From: the human T2T-CHM13v2.0 reference genome, Homo sapiens
Reading direction: 5' to 3' (one strand)
Assembly (NCBI RefSeq): GCF_009914755.1
Contig: NC_060927.1
DNA: 64,000 nt
The first letter of the stretch is position 1; every line of letters begins with the position of its first letter. The position numbers and the translations under genes are program-made. The notes under the pieces are model-generated. The model did not search any database. It saw nothing but the letters and a program-made list of their open reading frames with translations, and had not been told where the DNA came from. Of the stretch, positions 1-13,659 are shown one piece after another.

Positions 1-2619
1 CCGGCCTCCCATGGCTTGGGATTCCTGGTGGTTTCTGAGGTTGTGGACACCTGATGGCCTCATTTGGTGTCCCCACCACTAGGCAGCCCCCCAATGGAGG
101 CATCTGTGGACACGAGTGGGTTGGGGGCAGGCAACTCAAGTTAATGTGTGTCAGTGACACCCTCTGTGGTCACCGAGATGACAATCACAGCCATTTTCAG
201 CATAGCGTTCAGACACATCTGTGCCTGGCAGGAATCACAGGGGCTACTTCCTCCCACAAGGCTCTTTTTCATTAGGGAGGAAAAAAACCCTCACCAGGTC
301 CCCTCCCACCTCTCCAGGAACAGCCTGCACCACTGTCTGCTGCCGGAGGCTGCGAGGCTGTGAGTCTGGCATTTTTAAGTCTTGGCGGTGAAAGACTCCT
401 TCAGGAAAGAAGAGAGTAGGCAGGCTGAGGGAAGGTAGAGTTGGAGGTTGAACAGGAGTTCACCGGTACGAGAAAGGGAAGGCAACACAAGCTGAGGCAA
501 CAGCAGGTGAAAGGGCCTTATGTATTCTGGTAACAGCAAAGGATTAGAGGATCAGAGTATAGTGGCAAGAGTGGGGACCAGGGAGGGGAGAGGCTGGGAT
601 CAGCTTGGGGTTCACAAGAGTCTTGGATTCACTGCTGTGGGCCACAGGGAATAATTCTATTTCGCCACTGGGCATAGGACTCCTCAGTTTACCCTCTTGC
701 ACCTTCCCAGAGTCTCCAGAAAGTACCGCTGGGACACTTCCCCGAAGTCCCCCAGGCCCTCTTTTAACATCACCCCCATCTGAGAGCATGTGCCCGCCCT
801 CTGTCCCTGAGGTCACTGCAGGTCTGAGATGGGGGAGGAGAAAGGAAGAGCTGAGGGGCACATTCTGGGTGGCTGGCAGCTGGGGTCTAACTAGCTCGTG
901 GACTTGGGGACATCACCTCCTTTGCTGAGCCCTTGCTCCTCTGCCATAAGTGGATGGCAACAGGACTAAAGTCTCCTAAGGTCCTGTGTGGACTTGAGGG
1001 GCTAAATCCCTGCAGCGCGTGGCATGTGGAAGGCACTCAGTAGGTCCATGTGCTCAACATCCAAGCCATGGTTCCTGAGCAGTTGGGTGCTGGGCATGGG
1101 GCACACAGCTGAGACTCCATGTACAAATTCCTGCGCCCCTGGAGCTGACACTTACATGAACGAGACCATTCCAGAGAGAGCTTTGGAGAAAGTTAACAAG
1201 TCAGTGTGTTGGCAGCTGGGGTGGGCTGGGTGGTCTGGAAGAGCTTCTTTGAGGAGGTGACAAAGGGCTGAGACCCGAGTGACAAGGAGGAGCCAGCAGG
1301 GAAAATCACCCCAGGAAGAGGGACTGGGGAACAAAGGCCTTGAGGCGGGAGCATGCAGGCACATCCTGGGAACACAGAGGAAGCAGGTGTGGCTGGAGAG
1401 AGTGGGGACGGAGCAGCTGTCATCCCTGCGGCTGTGATTATTGTTAGGTCAAGTTCTGCATTGGCCACAGTTTCTTGGCGACCAAGCCCTGTCCAGGGTG
1501 CTGAGAGGCCAGCGCAGGGCTGCAGCCCACAGCCCAGGCAATGGACCAGCCGGCTGTGCTCAGACTGGCTCCACCACTACAGCTGGGCAGCCTTGGACAG
1601 CAAGTCCTGAAGCTTCTTTGTGAGCAGCTTTTTCCTCTGCAGTGTGGGGGTGACAGCTAGTGCCTACCTGCTGTGGCTGTCACATAGGAAGAAAGCCAGG
1701 CACGTAGAAGGCACACACCCCATGCAACAATTACTGGGAGGACAAAATGAGGGAAGGTACCAAAGCAGCCCCCTTAACCCAGGGCAGGAAATGCTGGCTT
1801 CCTGGGCTCCAGGGCCTTTGCCACCTTAGTAGGTGCCCTGGCTTTGTGGAGGGTCCTCCCTCCTTGCAGAGTTAGCACATCTGTGTCTATTGGACTGGTG
1901 TCCCCTCCCTGTGGCCTATGGGCTGGACTTCAGGGCACAGGTGGGAGCTCTCCTGGGACCTGGCCACACCCCCACAGAAGCCTCCAGGAATAGCAGGTGA
2001 AAGACGTTATGAAAACGCCAGCAAGCAAAGTGTGAGGCCTGCTCTCTCCTGTCAAGAGCTGGAGCAAGAGCCTCTTTGCCATTGGATTCAATTTATTCCC
2101 ATCTGGGCCCTGCTGTCTCCATCAATTCAGCTAATAAAGAGAGGTGGATGGCTATGACCTGGGCTGCCGCGGAGGCCTCTTCCAAGCTAATTAACCGGCC
2201 TGAACAATCCCTTTCAATACTTCTGTGCTTAATGCCCTAAAAGGGAAGAATGAACTGGGGATGGGGGAGGGGATGAGAGGCTGCAGCTGGCTGGGGGAGG
2301 GAGGAGGGGGACTGGTCCTCCTGACACCACCTGGGGAAGTGGGGGAGGTGGAGCGTCCGCCCCAGGAACCCAGCTTACAGACCCTGAGTCGAGAGCCTCA
2401 CTGCCAGAAACTCAGTTTTCTCACGTATGAAGTGAGGACGTGCTTGCAACAAGGACAGATTGTTTGTGAATGCATGCCCCCCTCTGTGAGATAAACTCAC
2501 AGAAATGCCATGTATGGATATGCTGCCTTGTGCATACAGCACCTCTGGGCAGGTCCATGGGAGGCTGGGGTCTCGGTGGTATCTGTGGGAGAAACGATCT
2601 GGAGGGCAAAGGCACAGGG

Positions 2620-2790
2620 AGACATTGGACTCAGCATTTGCTAGCCCTGGGCAAGTGCCTTTGCCTCCCTCCCCTCAATGTTTTCATCTGTAAAATGGGG
2701 CTAAGAACAGTGCTTCACTCAGGGCTGTCCTGAGGGCTGCATGAAATAGCATGGTTAAGCACTTAGCTGCTTCCTCAGTAAATACTAGCC
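2620..2790 (+). mobile_element. MIR SINE fragment
   Basis: MIR core-like text CTGGGCAAGTGCCTTTGCCTC...TTTTCATCTGTAAAATGGGGCTAAGAACAGTGC; boundaries approximate. Confidence 0.7.
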
Positions 2791-3499
2791 ATAAGCCACA
2801 GTGATAATAATTATCATTGTGGTTTGAATTCTGACCCAGTGTGTATATTAGCTATTAGATGGCCTCTATTTATTTAAAGAACACACAGACAAAATCCCAT
2901 TACCCTGAGAGTCACAAGATTCCTCCATGCATGCCCAGTGCCAAGCCCAGGGCTGGGTGTTCCTTGGCATGAGTTCTGGGGACTTCCCAAGCCCATGACA
3001 CCTGGCACACAGAAGAGAAAGTGCTGCCCTGGTGACTTTGCAAATGTCACTGGACCTCTCTATACCTGTGTCCCCCCTGCAAAATGGACTTGTTTCTGTT
3101 CACAGCACTGCTCTTCCCAAGGCCAGCAGCCCTTCCCCCCTTTGAGGATGGACTTTCTGCCCAGCTGCAGGGGCTGGTCAGCACACGACCTCCACCTGTC
3201 AATGCCTCAGGATCTGCCTCAGCTGCAAGGAGCCGCCTCAGTGCAGGCTTTGACCTCCCCAGAGTGGCAACACCCAGCAACTTAGTAAAAAGGGGCACAA
3301 AGGCTTAGCCATTCCAGCCCGACCAGGAAGAATCTGGCACAATATTCACTCCAACGCTTGCTGCTGGGTTGGGCGAGGCTTTGCTGGGCCTGCACTCCCT
3401 CTTGTAGCACTTCTGTTCTAGCGGGGCTCCCACAATAAAGAAGTGGAACACATCTGGGGAAAACCTTGGGGTTTCGGTGCCACCTCCAACCCAGGTGTG

Positions 3500-4265
3500 T
3501 CTCTTCAGCTCTTGGTTCTCCCCTGACCTCCAGTTATGTGTCCCTAACCCCTCTTGGGCATCCTATAGGCATCTCAAGCTCAACATGGCCCCCACTGAGC
3601 TCCTGACAATGCACCAGTCCCTCCCCAAACCTGCTCCTCTCACAGCTCGCCCACATAGGGGAAGAGCTGCTGCCTAATTTCTTAGCCTGAGCTAAAATCT
3701 AAGGGTCATCCCTGGTTTGCTCTTTCTGGGACACCTTGCATCCAGTGCATCAGAAAGCCCTGTGGCTCCTTCTCCCAAGCACCCAGCACTCTGGTCCAGG
3801 CCACCGTAGTCTCCCCGCTGGCCATTATTGTAGCATCTCTTCACTGGGCTCCTGCTCCATCCTGGCCCCTTCTGTCTGCTCTCCACTCAGCAGACACAGT
3901 GCCCATCACAAAATCTAAGCCAGATTGTGTCATGCCTCTGCTCATAACCTTCCAGTGGGTTCTAACCTTATTCAAAATGGAACTCCACCCCTGGCCTGTG
4001 AGACCCTATGTAACTTGCCCTGTGGGCCTCACCCTGCTTCATCCTCTGCTCCACTGCTAGCTCTGTGCCAGCCACATGGCCACCTTTTGCTCATGTGCTG
4101 CTCAGTCTCAGGGCTTGGCACCTGCCCCTCCCTCTGCCTGGAGCATCCTTTCCAGATGTTGTCACACCCTTTGCAAAGACATCTACTCCAATACCACCTC
4201 TGTCCCTCCTCCACTCACTATCCAGCTACTCCAGTCAATTCTTCTTCAGAGCAATAACATTCCCA
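3500..4265 (+). mobile_element. L2 LINE 3' fragment
   Basis: L2-typical phrases GGCATCTCAAGCTCAACATGGCC, TCATGCCTCTGCTCATAACCTTCCAGTGG, CCCTCTGCCTGGAGCATCCTT; the L2 tail (TAGAATATAAACTCCATG) resumes at ~5117 after the microsatellite. Confidence 0.7.
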
Positions 4266-4272
4266 GATCTTG

Positions 4273-5096
4273 ATCTACACCTATACCTTCACCTACATCT
4301 ATACTTACACCTATATCTACACCTACACCTACACCTATATCTACATCTACACCTACATCTATATCTACACCTACATCAACACCTACACCTATGTCTACAC
4401 CTACACGTTCACCTATGTCTATACTTATACCTACACCTATGTCTACACCTACATCTACATCTACACCTACATTTATACCTACCCCATCTACATCTATACC
4501 TTCACCTACATCTACACTTACACCTATATCTACACCTACATCTACACCTAGACTTTCACTTATGTCTATACTTACACCTACACCTACGTCTACACCTACA
4601 TCTACACCTACACTTACACCTACATCTTCATCTACACCAACTTCACCTACACCTACAACTGCACCTACACCCATATCTGCACCTACATCTACATCAACAC
4701 CCACATCTACACCCACACCTTCAGCTATATTTACACCTACACCTATATCTACACCTCCATCCACACCTGCACCTTTACTTATGTCTATACCTAGACCTAC
4801 ACCTATGTCTATACCTACACCTACATCTACATCTATACCTACATCTACACCTACACCTTCACCTACACCTGCATCTACACCTACACCTACGTCTACACCT
4901 GCATCTACATCTACACCTACACCTTCACCTACACATAAATCTATAACTACATCTACATCTATATGTACATCTACACCTACACCTTCACCTACATCTACAC
5001 CTATACCTTCACCTATGTCTACACCTATACCTACACCTATACCTACACCTTCACCTATGTCTACACCTACACCTACATCTGTATTTATATCTATAT
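4273..5096. repeat. Degenerate hexamer microsatellite (TACACC/TACATC/TATACC/TTCACC)n, ~820 bp
   Basis: Directly visible 6-nt periodicity with almost no G on the + strand; accounts for the HL-, YT-, TP- and GV/DV-repeat ORFs. Confidence 0.97.
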
Positions 5097-5164
5097 AGAG
5101 AGAATGTTTCCCCTAGTAGAATATAAACTCCATGTACTTTATCAATTTTGTTCTCTGATACATC

Positions 5165-5380
5165 ACCAAGTGTACTTGAAATGTGGCTTGTCCAAATTGA
5201 GATGTGCTGTAAGTATAAAATGCCAGGTTTTGGAGACTTTGTACAAAAAATGTAGAATAGCTTATTAGTAATTTTGTATTAATTATATATTGAAATTAAT
5301 CTCACCTGTTGCATTTTACTTTTGTTAGATATGGCTACTATAAAGCTATATTTCCATTGTCTAGAACTGTTTCATAGGGC
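5165..5380. mobile_element. hAT-Charlie DNA transposon fragment (MER33-like)
   Basis: CTTGAAATGTGGCTTGTCCAAATTGAGATGTGCTGTAAGTATAAAA matches the recalled MER33/MER3 consensus. Confidence 0.7.
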
Positions 5381-6241
5381 AAACTGTAACACGATTTTTT
5401 TTTTTAATTTCATATTTCCCTTGCTGGAGTGCCTGGCTTCCTCTCCCTAAGGAGCCAATGACCCGACTTGGGCCCAGAGCTGGGGGCAGCAGCTGAGGAG
5501 CTGTCCACTCCACGGTGCTGAAAACAGGACCCAAGGGCCCAATCCTGCTGCCCGGCAAGGGGACTTCCGGGCATGCTAACGCTGCAGCCTCAGCCTCTGA
5601 CTTGTTGAGTGGTCCCAGAGCCTTCAAGAATTCCCTTGTCCTGCCAACAAGTCAGTTCCCAGCTTTGGTCCCGTGCCCTGTGGGAGGTGCACGAGCAGAA
5701 GAGAGACATCCCATCCTGAAGACGTCTCCCTCTCCCTGGGGAAGGCAAGGCTTTTGCAAACTAAACCTTGGGAAGACAGCCTGTAATTAGAGCAGTAAAT
5801 TGTGAGGGCCACAGGCTTTGGAGAGGGTGGAAGGCAGGAAGCTCGCGGTAGGCTGGCAGGGTCAGCACATTGGTGTTTTGGGAGGACCAGACAGGTTTGA
5901 ACACAGCGGGATTCAGTGGGTATCCCTCCACCATGTAGCTCATTTTTGTTAGATATTCACAAACTGCTGAGTGCTGGGGGATGGTGGGGACGAGACATGG
6001 GCTCTCTCCCTGGGGTTGATGTCGCAGGGGACTTCCGGACTTCGTTTCAGGGTAAGGATTGCCTTCCTTCTTGCCTGGGCATTCTTGGGCTGTAAGGGGA
6101 GCACTGGGCCCCAGAAATAGACTCTGGACTCAAACTCTGGCTCTGTCTTTTTCCAGCTTTTGGCTGCGGGTAAATCACCTCAGTGCTCAGAGCCTGCCTC
6201 TCACCCTGGACTATGGGTCTCCTTCAGACCCTGCTTTATCA

Positions 6242-6730
<489 letters not shown>

Positions 6731-7944
6731 TTAGGGGCAAAGGTCTCCACTTGGACCCCACTCTCCCTCCTCAGGGGAGTCTCTGGCCCCTTTCAGCTGC
6801 AGGAACGTCCTCTGCAGATCCACACTATTCCTGGCTGGGCTCTTGTGCTGTGGCAGAGGTGGATGGGGTCTCTCCCCACCCTTCAGCTCCCTTATCCACC
6901 TGGCAGCCTCATCCACCTGGCAGGGCAGTGGCTCTCGTGGTTCCTCTCTTGTTTGCTTTCTCACCCTAAGGAGCATATTCTGATCTTACTTTCTGCTTCA
7001 TCAACTATAGGCTAGCACCTATAGATACTAATCTTTATAGCTTCTGCTTTGTTCCCAGTTGCAGAAGCACAAATGAGGAACAGGAGGGGGCTCATTGTTC
7101 TCCTGGGTCTCAGTTATGTGCACCCCCAAAAACCCAGATCTGCTGGGTCAGAGCCTCACCTTTGTTTGTAGAGCCCCCAGCCAGCACTCATCAGTGTGAG
7201 ACCACACATGACCCTGTACCAGGGTTCCCTGCTCCCCTCCTGCCCTCCACAACCCAGTCTGATGGCCTCAGCTATCCTGCCTCACCTCCCAGCCAGGGCC
7301 CTCCAGCCCTGTGGCTTGGGAGACAAGGCAGGAAAGACGGCGTGGCTCGACCCTATGGGACAAATGTGAGAAGAGGTGTCAGGTGTAGTCCCTCATCAGT
7401 CACGTGACACAGGGGCTCTTCTCATTTTGTTTCAAAGTCCACAGGAGAGAGGTGATGAGGCCAATTCCCCAGCATCTCTCCAGTGAGTTTAATGTGGCTG
7501 GTTTGAATTACCCATTCAACTGAGAAGGCAGGAAGAGGTATTGCCTCCTTTTTCTCTCCCATCAATGCTGTGAGAAGATAGTATCATCTCATTTTATGGG
7601 TGGGGAAACTGAGGCACAGGGTGACTCAGCAACTTGCACATGGCCACACATGAAGGGTGAAAAGGGGCTTGTCTAGACCTGGAAGTCACCAGCACACCGG
7701 CCTGTCTCATTGTCTCATAGCATCTGCCGAAGTTGATGACTGTCTCGGTTGCCTGCCTGATGCCTGTCTTCCCCATGACAATGCCAGAGCCAAGGCCATG
7801 GCCTGGTGCATTCCATCTTCCCACTTAATGCAGTGACTGGTGTGGAACTGGTGCTTAGTAAATCATGACTGAAGGTCTGGAAAGAAGGACACAACCTAGA
7901 TAGTGTGGAAGGGCTCTCTGAGAAAGAGACTGGGTGGTTTTTCT

Positions 7945-8690
7945 TTTCGTATTTTTTATTGTGGTAAAATATACATAACACAGAATTTATCATCTTAACC
8001 ATTTTTAAGTTCAGTGGCATTAAGCAAATTCACATTGTTGTGCAGCCATTACCACCATGTGTCTCTATCTTTTTTCATCTTGCAAACCTGAAACTCTGTC
8101 CCCACTAAACACTAACTCCCCATTCCCTCCTCTTCTGGCACCCACCATTCTACTTTGTGTCTCTAGGAATGTGACTATACTAGTACCTCATATAGGTGGA
8201 GTCATACAGTATTTTCCTTTTTTTACTGGCTTATATCGCTCAGCATAATGTCCTCAAGGTTCATCCAAGTTGTAGCATGTGCAGAATTGTCTTCCTTTTG
8301 AAGGCTCAGTAATACCCATTGTGTGGATAGACCACATGTGCTCATCCATTCATCTGTCATGGACACTTGGGTTGCTCCCACCCCTTAGCTCCTGTGAATA
8401 ATACTGCTACGAATATGGGCATACAATTATCTCTGTGAGATTCTGGTTTCAATTCTTTTGAGTATTTACCCAGAAGAGAAATTGCCAGGTCATACAGTAA
8501 TTCTGTTTAATTTTTTTAGAAAACACCATACTGTTTTCCGCAGCAGAACAGTGCCATCTTACTATAAAGTGTATCATTTTATAGTACATGTATCATATAA
8601 AATGTATCAGGATTTCAACTTCTCCACATCTTCATCAACCCTTGTTATTTCCTGTTTTCTTGTTAACAGGCACCCAGATGGTTGTAAAGT
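7945..8690 (-). mobile_element. L1M (L1MB/MC-like) 3' end
   Basis: TTTTTTATTGTGGTAAAATATACATAACA...CATCCATTCATCTGTCATGGACACTTGGGTTG, a typical antisense old-L1 3'UTR. Confidence 0.85.
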
Positions 8691-8977
8691 GGAGGAGATG
8701 ACATCTTAGCAGAGACCAGGAGATGAGAAGAGATGCGGAGTGTCTCAGGAAGAAGGAATGTGAGCAGGCACTTACTGTGCTGGAGGGTTGAGGACAGTGT
8801 GGATGGAGCCCAGGGAGGAAGGGAGTGGCAATGGGGACAGGGCCCAGACTGTCCAGAGCCCTGCAGGCCATGGTGAAAAGTCCAGATTTTGTAATAAGAA
8901 GCCACTGGAGAGCTTGAAGTTGAGGAGTGGCATTGTTTGGTTTCCATTTTTAAAAGATCTTGCTGGCTGTTGGGTCA

Positions 8978-9490
8978 TGTTGCAGTTATCCACTGCTGTA
9001 TAACAAAGTGCTCCAAAACATAGGGACTTCAATTAGCTGTTTTAGTTTGCTCACAATTTTGTGGGTCAGGAATTTGGAGAGGGCTCAACAGAACGGTTCT
9101 TCTTGACTCCACATGATGGCCATTGGGGAGCTGGAGCCGGGAGAGCCGCCTCTGAGAAGCTTCTTCGTCACTTATCTGGTGCTTCTTGGCCATGCTCTCC
9201 TCCAGGGTGTGTCTCATTCTCCATGGCTTCTCCACGTGGCCTGAGCTGCATGCAGCCTGGTGCGCTCAGGGGAGTCTCACTTCCTACACGGCAAAAATGG
9301 AAGTGGTCAGTCCAGTTAAGAGCTATGTCCAGAACTGGCACAGCATTGCCTCTGTCATAGTCTATCTGTCAGAGCAGTCACAGGGCCTAGTGGATTCAGA
9401 GAGGTGGAGAAAAAGATTTCACTCTTCATGGATGGGGTGGGGGTGCTGCAGAGAAGCACGAGGAATAGGAGGTGGTGTCTCAGCCACTTT
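8978..9490 (-). mobile_element. MaLR LTR (MLT1 family) inserted in L2 fragments
   Basis: TGTTGCAGTTATCCACTGCTGTATAACAAA...GCTCACAATTTTGTGGGTCAGGAATTTGG matches antisense MLT1 LTR; end approximate. Confidence 0.75.
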
Positions 9491-9734
9491 GGAAATGGTG
9501 GTCTCCCCCACCCAGGTGATGAACGATGGAAGTGTGGGAGTGAAGGGGGAGGAACAGGGTGGAATTATTTGGGGGAGAGCGGGGATGCTGGGTACAGGCT
9601 GGTGCCCATGGAAATGAGAAGAGGATGCATTGGAGATATGGGAGGCAGTGCCAACAGGATTTGGGAATTTAATAGATGGTAGAGAGGGAGGGAAACAAGT
9701 TAAAAAAGACTCCCAAGGTTCTGGCTTGAGTTAC

Positions 9735-10215
9735 TGTATCAACCATGCCTTTTATTTTCTGACACTTTGACATCTGGAGCCTTACTGATTCTGGAGGGAC
9801 TACCCTTCCCAGGGTTATCCAGTTCCTAGAGATAGCAAATAACCCACCCAGGGGCACACCTCTCCTATCTCCCATGCAAACTACCTAACTCAGAGCCCAC
9901 TCTGCCAACTGCCTCCTCTACGAGGCGCCCACATGACTCACCTGTCCTGATCACCAGGGCCAGAGACCAAGAACAGGGGACAGCCCCTCTACCCCAGAGC
10001 CCGCTGAAATGACTCAACTAGGTCACCCTAAGCCTACGTGCCCTGCCTCACCTGTTCCTTCCCACGGAAGCCATGCTTCCCTGTGCAGCCCTCATAGCAT
10101 GGCACGCCCTCCTTCTTGAGAACTGTGAGTAACAAACTAACTTTTCAATGGCAGTCATCTCCTGATCTATTGGCCTTACCATACCTATGTAATAAAAGAC
10201 CTACCTTTTGAAATA
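9735..10215 (+). mobile_element. ERVL solo LTR (MER74A-like)
   Basis: TGTATCAACCATG...TTTGACATCTGGAGCCTTACTGATTCTGGAGGGACTACCCTTCCCAGGGTTATCCAGTTCCTAGAGATAGCAAA; AATAAA near the 3' end. Confidence 0.75.
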
Positions 10216-11229
10216 GTCAGTGAGATGAAGACACCCTGGGTATGTGTGTTTGGTGAGGGCAGCCTCCTCTCTTGGCCAACCAGCTACTTTCTTTGGCTTT
10301 CTGAGCTGGAAGGGACAGGGCAGAGAGAGCCCAGGCTGTGGGGCTGAGCCCGCCCATCTCCTCCCACCTGCCCCTGGCCATTTCCCTGGTGGGAGAGTTC
10401 CCAGGTGAACCAAGTGAGTGACAATAGTCAACCCCCTTCTCGAACAGGTGGAACAGCTGACACTCAAAGGATGGAGAAGGTGTGAATCTGTTATTTTTCT
10501 TAATTAAAAAGAAGATATGTTCCCGTAGTTACATCTAAATTAGAAAGCATATCACAAGAAACTGTACATATCCCACATTCTCCCATTTCTAACATAATGA
10601 TTATTGTCCTTTCTCCAGGATTCACCTTTTCATTTATTTGTTCAATGGACATTTCCACTTTCCCCCACCACATGAGCAACCTACCTGGCCAGATGCAAGC
10701 ACTGGCCATGGGCAGGGTTGGGTGGTGGTCTTTCAACCTGACACCCCACTGGGATGTTTCTTATGTTGCCAGTGGTCTCCTGGCTGGCGGTTTTGTCTGG
10801 CTGAACGCTGTCATGAATGAAGTGGGGTGGGCTCCCCTGCAGCTGTTGAGTGCAATGGGTTGGCCACAGCCATGAGAGGGAAGTCTGGAAATGAGGCCAG
10901 GTCCAACATGCCATGAGTGAACAAATGGCCGTGTCCAGGCTGCCAGAGCCGAGGGAGGGAGGCTGAGGGTGCAGCCAAGTCTAGGAGCCAAGTCACTGTG
11001 GTGGCCGAGCTGGTGAGTGTGCACCAGGATGCAGGAGCCCTTCCAGGTCAGCCTGGGGCCAGCTGCTCTGAGTTATATTTAGCCTGTGCTGCCGGGGACA
11101 GCAGGGGGACCGGGGCACCCCAGGCCCTTGCATCATACACTACCTAAGTGTCTCTGGCACTGGGCATGTAGATAGCTTTCCATTTTGAGGGCATTATTTT
11201 AAGATGTTTCAATTAATAAAGAAAAGAGG

Positions 11230-11630
11230 AAGGGGAAGCTGTTACAGAATAAAGGAGAATGAGAAGACATACAGCAACCAATGTAATACCTCGATCTGCT
11301 TTCCGATTCCAACAAACCAACTCTAAAAACATAGCTAAAGGCATCTGAGGAGATTTGAACATGGGCTGAGAATTAAAAGATATTAAAGAATTATGAATGT
11401 GTTGGGTGCAATGATACTGTGATTAGATTTTTAAAGTCCTTATGTGCTAGAGACACAAATGGAAGTATTTATGGATAAAATGATACGATGATGTCTGGGA
11501 TTTGCCTTAAAATACTAATAATATAGGCTGTGAGCTTTTAACTGTTGAAGCTGGGGGGTGGCACATGGTTCATTATCCTATTTGCTCTACTTTTGTGTAG
11601 ATTTGACATTTTCCATAATAAAATACTAAA
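11230..11630 (+). mobile_element. Old L1 (L1MC/ME) 3' end
   Basis: GATGTCTGGGATTTGCCTTAAAATACT...GGTTCATTATCCTATTTGCTCTACTTTTGTGTAGATTTGACATTTTCCATAATAAAA. Confidence 0.7.
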
Positions 11631-12050
11631 AAGTGCTTCAACCAATATATTCTCATTCTTGGCTTTTTTTGTTCCTTCTATTGCATTGTTTCCTGAGGAT
11701 GAATTCCCAGGGGTGGGATCACTGGGGGCAGGGGCTTCAGTGTGTTTTTTCTGGCTCTGCATGTGCTGTCAAGTTGCTCTTCCGTAGGACAGGGTGGATT
11801 TATGCTGCTGTGTGCATGGGGGCCCTGGAACCAACCGTTGCTGGGCAGCCTTGCTGGCACTTATTTCAGTTTTCGACTTTCACTAATTCAGGTGGAAAAT
11901 TGCCATTGTTTTCATTATTTCATTTCCAGGTCTTTGATTACAAGAGTAGGTGAAATGTTTGCCCTGGCTGGCCACTAGCTGCATTTCTCCCCTAGCCCTA
12001 CCCACATTTAACTAAGAGAATTTTTGTTTGCAGAAATATTTGTAACCTAC

Positions 12051-12467
12051 TGATATAGTTTAGGTGTTTGTCCCTCCAAATCTCATGTTGAAGTGTGACC
12101 TCCAGTGTTGGAGGCGGGGCCTGGAGGGGATTGTTTTGGTCATGGGGGTGGATCCTTTCTGGATGGCTTGGTGCCCTCCTCCAGTAATGAGTGAGTTCTT
12201 GCTCTATTAGTTCACACAAGACCTGGTTGTTAAAAAGAGTCTGCCACCTCTTCTCCTTTCCTCCTCTCTTGCCATGTGATTTCTATACATGCCGGCTCCC
12301 TTTCGCCTTCTGCCATGAGTGGAAGCAGCCCGAGGCCTCGCCAGAAGCAGATGCTGGCACCATGCTTCCTGTACAGCGTGCAGAACCATAAGCCAAACAA
12401 ACCTCTTTTCTTTATCAATTACCCAGCCTCAGGTATTCCTTTACAGCAATGCAAATAGACTAAGACA
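12051..12467 (+). mobile_element. MaLR solo LTR (MSTB-like)
   Basis: TGATATAGTTTAGGTGTTTGTCCCTCCAAATCTCATGTTGAA...CCAGAAGCAGATGCTGGCACCATGCTTCCTGTACAGC...GACTAAGACA; TG...CA termini. Confidence 0.9.
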
Positions 12468-13659
12468 GCTGTGGATGACATGGACCCTCTGCCCTTTTGA
12501 TGCAAATGTTTCACAATCATTTTAGTTTCTAATGTCCAGAAAGTTTTTATGTTTACATTATTAAACCCATCTCTTCTTTAATTTCTTCAATTCCAAGACA
12601 GGCAGGTGTTAATACTTCCATATATCTGCCAAAGCATCAACTGTGTTTCCACTAGGTTTTCTATGATTGGATTTCTTATAGTCAAATCTTTATCTAAGTT
12701 TAAATGAGTCTATGATGCAAAATATACATGCTTCTTTTTTCTTTTCAGAATTGATCTCCAGCTATCTCAGCATCATTTTGTAAATTATTTTCCCCTTCGC
12801 CGTTATTTAGTCTTGAGTATTTGTGAATGATTAACTCCTCATGTATCTGACAGGGCTCTATCTCAAGGCTCTGAATTCTTTTCTCCAGCCTCATGTCTGT
12901 CTCTGTGGCAGCACCACATGTTGCTTTAGTCACTGTTACTTTAGAGCGTGCCCTGACACCTGGCCATCCTGGAGTCTGAGCTCAGTCGCCTCAGACTCCA
13001 ACACAACCCTCTTACCTTCCCACGCTTCCCCCAAGGCTCTGGACCTGGTGGAAGGAAACTCGGGTCTGAATTCCAGTTTTTCCATGAGCTGCATGTGTAT
13101 GGGCAAATCCCTTAGTCTCTCTGAGGCTCAGAGCAATTATATGACTTGTCAGCCAGGTGAAATGCCTGGTCTAACAGGTGCTCCGTACATACCTGCACTT
13201 TGGGATTTTAAAACTGTCCTTGGAGGTAACAAAGCCTGCAACTCAGGTGGGCTTGGGGGGAGGTGGGGCATCTTCTTCAGGGTGAGATTGGTTGTCATCC
13301 CTCTTGGCAAATCCTGGGGATGTTCCGATGAGGGGTCCCTGCCTGCCAGGGTCTGGGTCTGGCTTGGGTGAGGGGCACTGAGGCACCTCATCCCCGTGCG
13401 AGCCATAGCGGCTCACAGCTCTGTTTCCATGGTTACTGCCTGGGGATGAGATCACCTTCCAGCTCACAGGCCTGGGAGCACCAGGAATTCTGCCAAGAAG
13501 GCCCTCTGGTGTGCGGCAGTTAGTGTGGCTGGCCACGGGGTGGGGGTGGCGTGGGCTGGATGTCCCTCCTGGACAGCAGGGGTGGGGCCACAGGGCACAG
13601 GTGGGAGTGTCATGAACCTGAGCCAGAGAGGCAAGCTTGTCCAGCCAGGACCATGTAGC

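Noticed and set aside
605-928. PRSP and SVPEVTA peptides resembling PRR23A fragments
   Set aside because: Isolated, with no collinear set or C-terminal motif; serves as a control showing that short PRR23-like matches arise by chance in GC-rich DNA
4065-5268. Long ORFs (293, 235, 172 aa) resembling mucin-like or His-rich proteins
   Set aside because: Entirely explained by the stop-poor hexamer microsatellite; no splice or promoter context
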